A stretch of DNA of 63,622 nucleotides, counting the filler, from Folioceros fuciformis (Eukaryota): the NCBI GenBank assembly GCA_049999805.1. It is 9 parts of 9 records of this genome, joined end to end, with 100 filler letters (N's around TTAATTAATTAA, not from the genome) between each part and the next. Parts side by side here need not be neighbours in the genome. Positions count along the whole stretch, not along the records: positions 61,931 to 63,622 come from JBNGIO010004400.1; 8 more parts are not named here. The stretch is one strand, 5' to 3'. A program made the position numbers and the translations under genes. Below are positions 61,931 to 63,622 of this stretch, piece after piece. The notes below the pieces were generated by a model. That model did not search any database. It was not told where the DNA came from and was given only the letters and a program-made list of their open reading frames with translations. The stretch's first letter is position 1. Each line of letters opens with the position of its first letter.

Positions 61931-63622
61931 ATAGAGTTTTTATCTAAGTAAAATATTAGTAAAATATTTAATTATATTTATTAGAATTATTAATATTACC
62001 TTTTAAAGTTCTATAATTATTAATAATAGCTTTTATAGTAAAATCTAACTTAGTAGATTTTACTACTAAACTATTATTAATAGTAGTAGAAATAAAGATA
62101 GCTTTAGTAAGTATTTTATTTAGCTAATTAATAATAATTAATATTAGTATTTTTTAAATTAGAATATAATTTTACTTACTAATAATACTAATAAAAAATA
62201 AATATAGTATAGATAGTAAATAGATAACTTAGTAGAGTAAATAGTAAGTTTTCTAATTTAAAAAATAATTATTATAGATAGAGAAACTACTTATATATAT
62301 AAATTTAAAATTAAGAAAGTTTATTAAAATATCTAATAAAGTTTATTAAACTATCTAATAAACCTTATTATTATTTAATAAAGCTTATTATTATTTAATA
62401 AAGCTTATTATTATTTAATAAAGCTTATTATTATTTAATAAAGCTTATTTATATTAATCTATTATTTAATTTATAAATTTAATATATTAAATTCTCGTAT
62501 TTTTAATCTACTAATAGTTAGTTTATTAATTTAATATATTAAATTTACTAAATAAGTAATAAGTAATAACGCTTATTTTTTTAAAAATATATTAGTTTCT
62601 TAGTTAATTTTTTAAATTATCTATATAAAGAGTAGTATTTCTTTTTCTTTCTTTTCTTAAAATATAGTATAACTATTATTTAAATATTACTATATTATAT
62701 ATTTTACTATTTTTATTTATATATTATATTATATATATTATATTATATATATTATATTATATATATTATATNNNNNNNNNNATAGAGTTTTTATCTAAGT
62801 AAAATATTAGTAAAATATTTAATTATATTTATTAGAATTATTAATATTACCTTTTAAAGTTCTATAATTATTAATAATAGCTTTTATAGTAAAATCTAAC
62901 TTAGTAGATTTTACTACTAAACTATTATTAATAGTAGTAGAAATAAAGATAGCTTTAGTAAGTATTTTATTTAGCTAATTAATAATAATTAATATTAGTA
63001 TTTTTTAAATTAGAATATAATTTTACTTACTAATAATACTAATAAAAAATAAATATAGTATAGATAGTAAATAGATAACTTAGTAGAGTAAATAGTAAGT
63101 TTTCTAATTTAAAAAATAATTATTATAGATAGAGAAACTACTTATATATATAAATTTAAAATTAAGAAAGTTTATTAAAATATCTAATAAAGTTTATTAA
63201 ACTATCTAATAAACCTTATTATTATTTAATAAAGCTTATTATTATTTAATAAAGCTTATTATTATTTAATAAAGCTTATTATTATTTAATAAAGCTTATT
63301 TATATTAATCTATTATTTAATTTATAAATTTAATATATTAAATTCTCGTATTTTTAATCTACTAATAGTTAGTTTATTAATTTAATATATTAAATTTACT
63401 AAATAAGTAATAAGTAATAACGCTTATTTTTTTAAAAATATATTAGTTTCTTAGTTAATTTTTTAAATTATCTATATAAAGAGTAGTATTTCTTTTTCTT
63501 TCTTTTCTTAAAATATAGTATAACTATTATTTAAATATTACTATATTATATATTTTACTATTTTTATTTATATATTATATTATATATATTATATTATATA
63601 TATTATATTATATATATTATAT
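61931..63622. other. Extremely AT-rich, CpA/TpG-depleted 841-bp unit written twice (RIP-like), with a 20-bp tandem repeat
   Basis: 61931-62771 = 62782-63622; ATAAAGCTTATTATTATTTA repeats at ~62358-62450. Confidence 0.7.

Overview
This window is not one locus. It is nine unrelated scaffolds joined by 100-bp N44-TTAATTAATTAA-N44 spacers (A 1-10831, B 10932-33143, C 33244-37287, D 37388-50781, E 50882-52099, F 52200-58452, G 58553-60374, H 60475-61830, I 61931-63622). The source is a eukaryotic draft assembly, most likely a land plant given spliceosomal introns and dirigent, GH3, WAT1/UMAMIT and PLS-type PPR sequences. Most bases are Ty1/copia and Ty3/gypsy retrotransposons. Scaffold B carries the host genes: a 3-exon secreted ApoD-like lipocalin whose barrel is split by a ~200-aa helical insert, an intronless dirigent gene with a MULE inserted just upstream, a 7-exon WAT1-like transporter, and GH3, PPR and dirigent pseudogenes. 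The best leads are (1) the split ApoD-like lipocalin, (2) a young copia with identical TG...TA LTRs and a ~101-bp flanking duplication, and (3) a copia family with TA...TA LTRs, head-to-tail or circular arrangement, and a conserved extra ORF upstream of gag ending at a candidate -1 frameshift signal. Scaffolds D, E, G, H and I are each written twice around an N10 gap, which is an assembly artefact. G and I look like RIP-mutated fungal DNA, and G contains a Tn5/Nextera adapter. All calls were made by eye; no searches were run.
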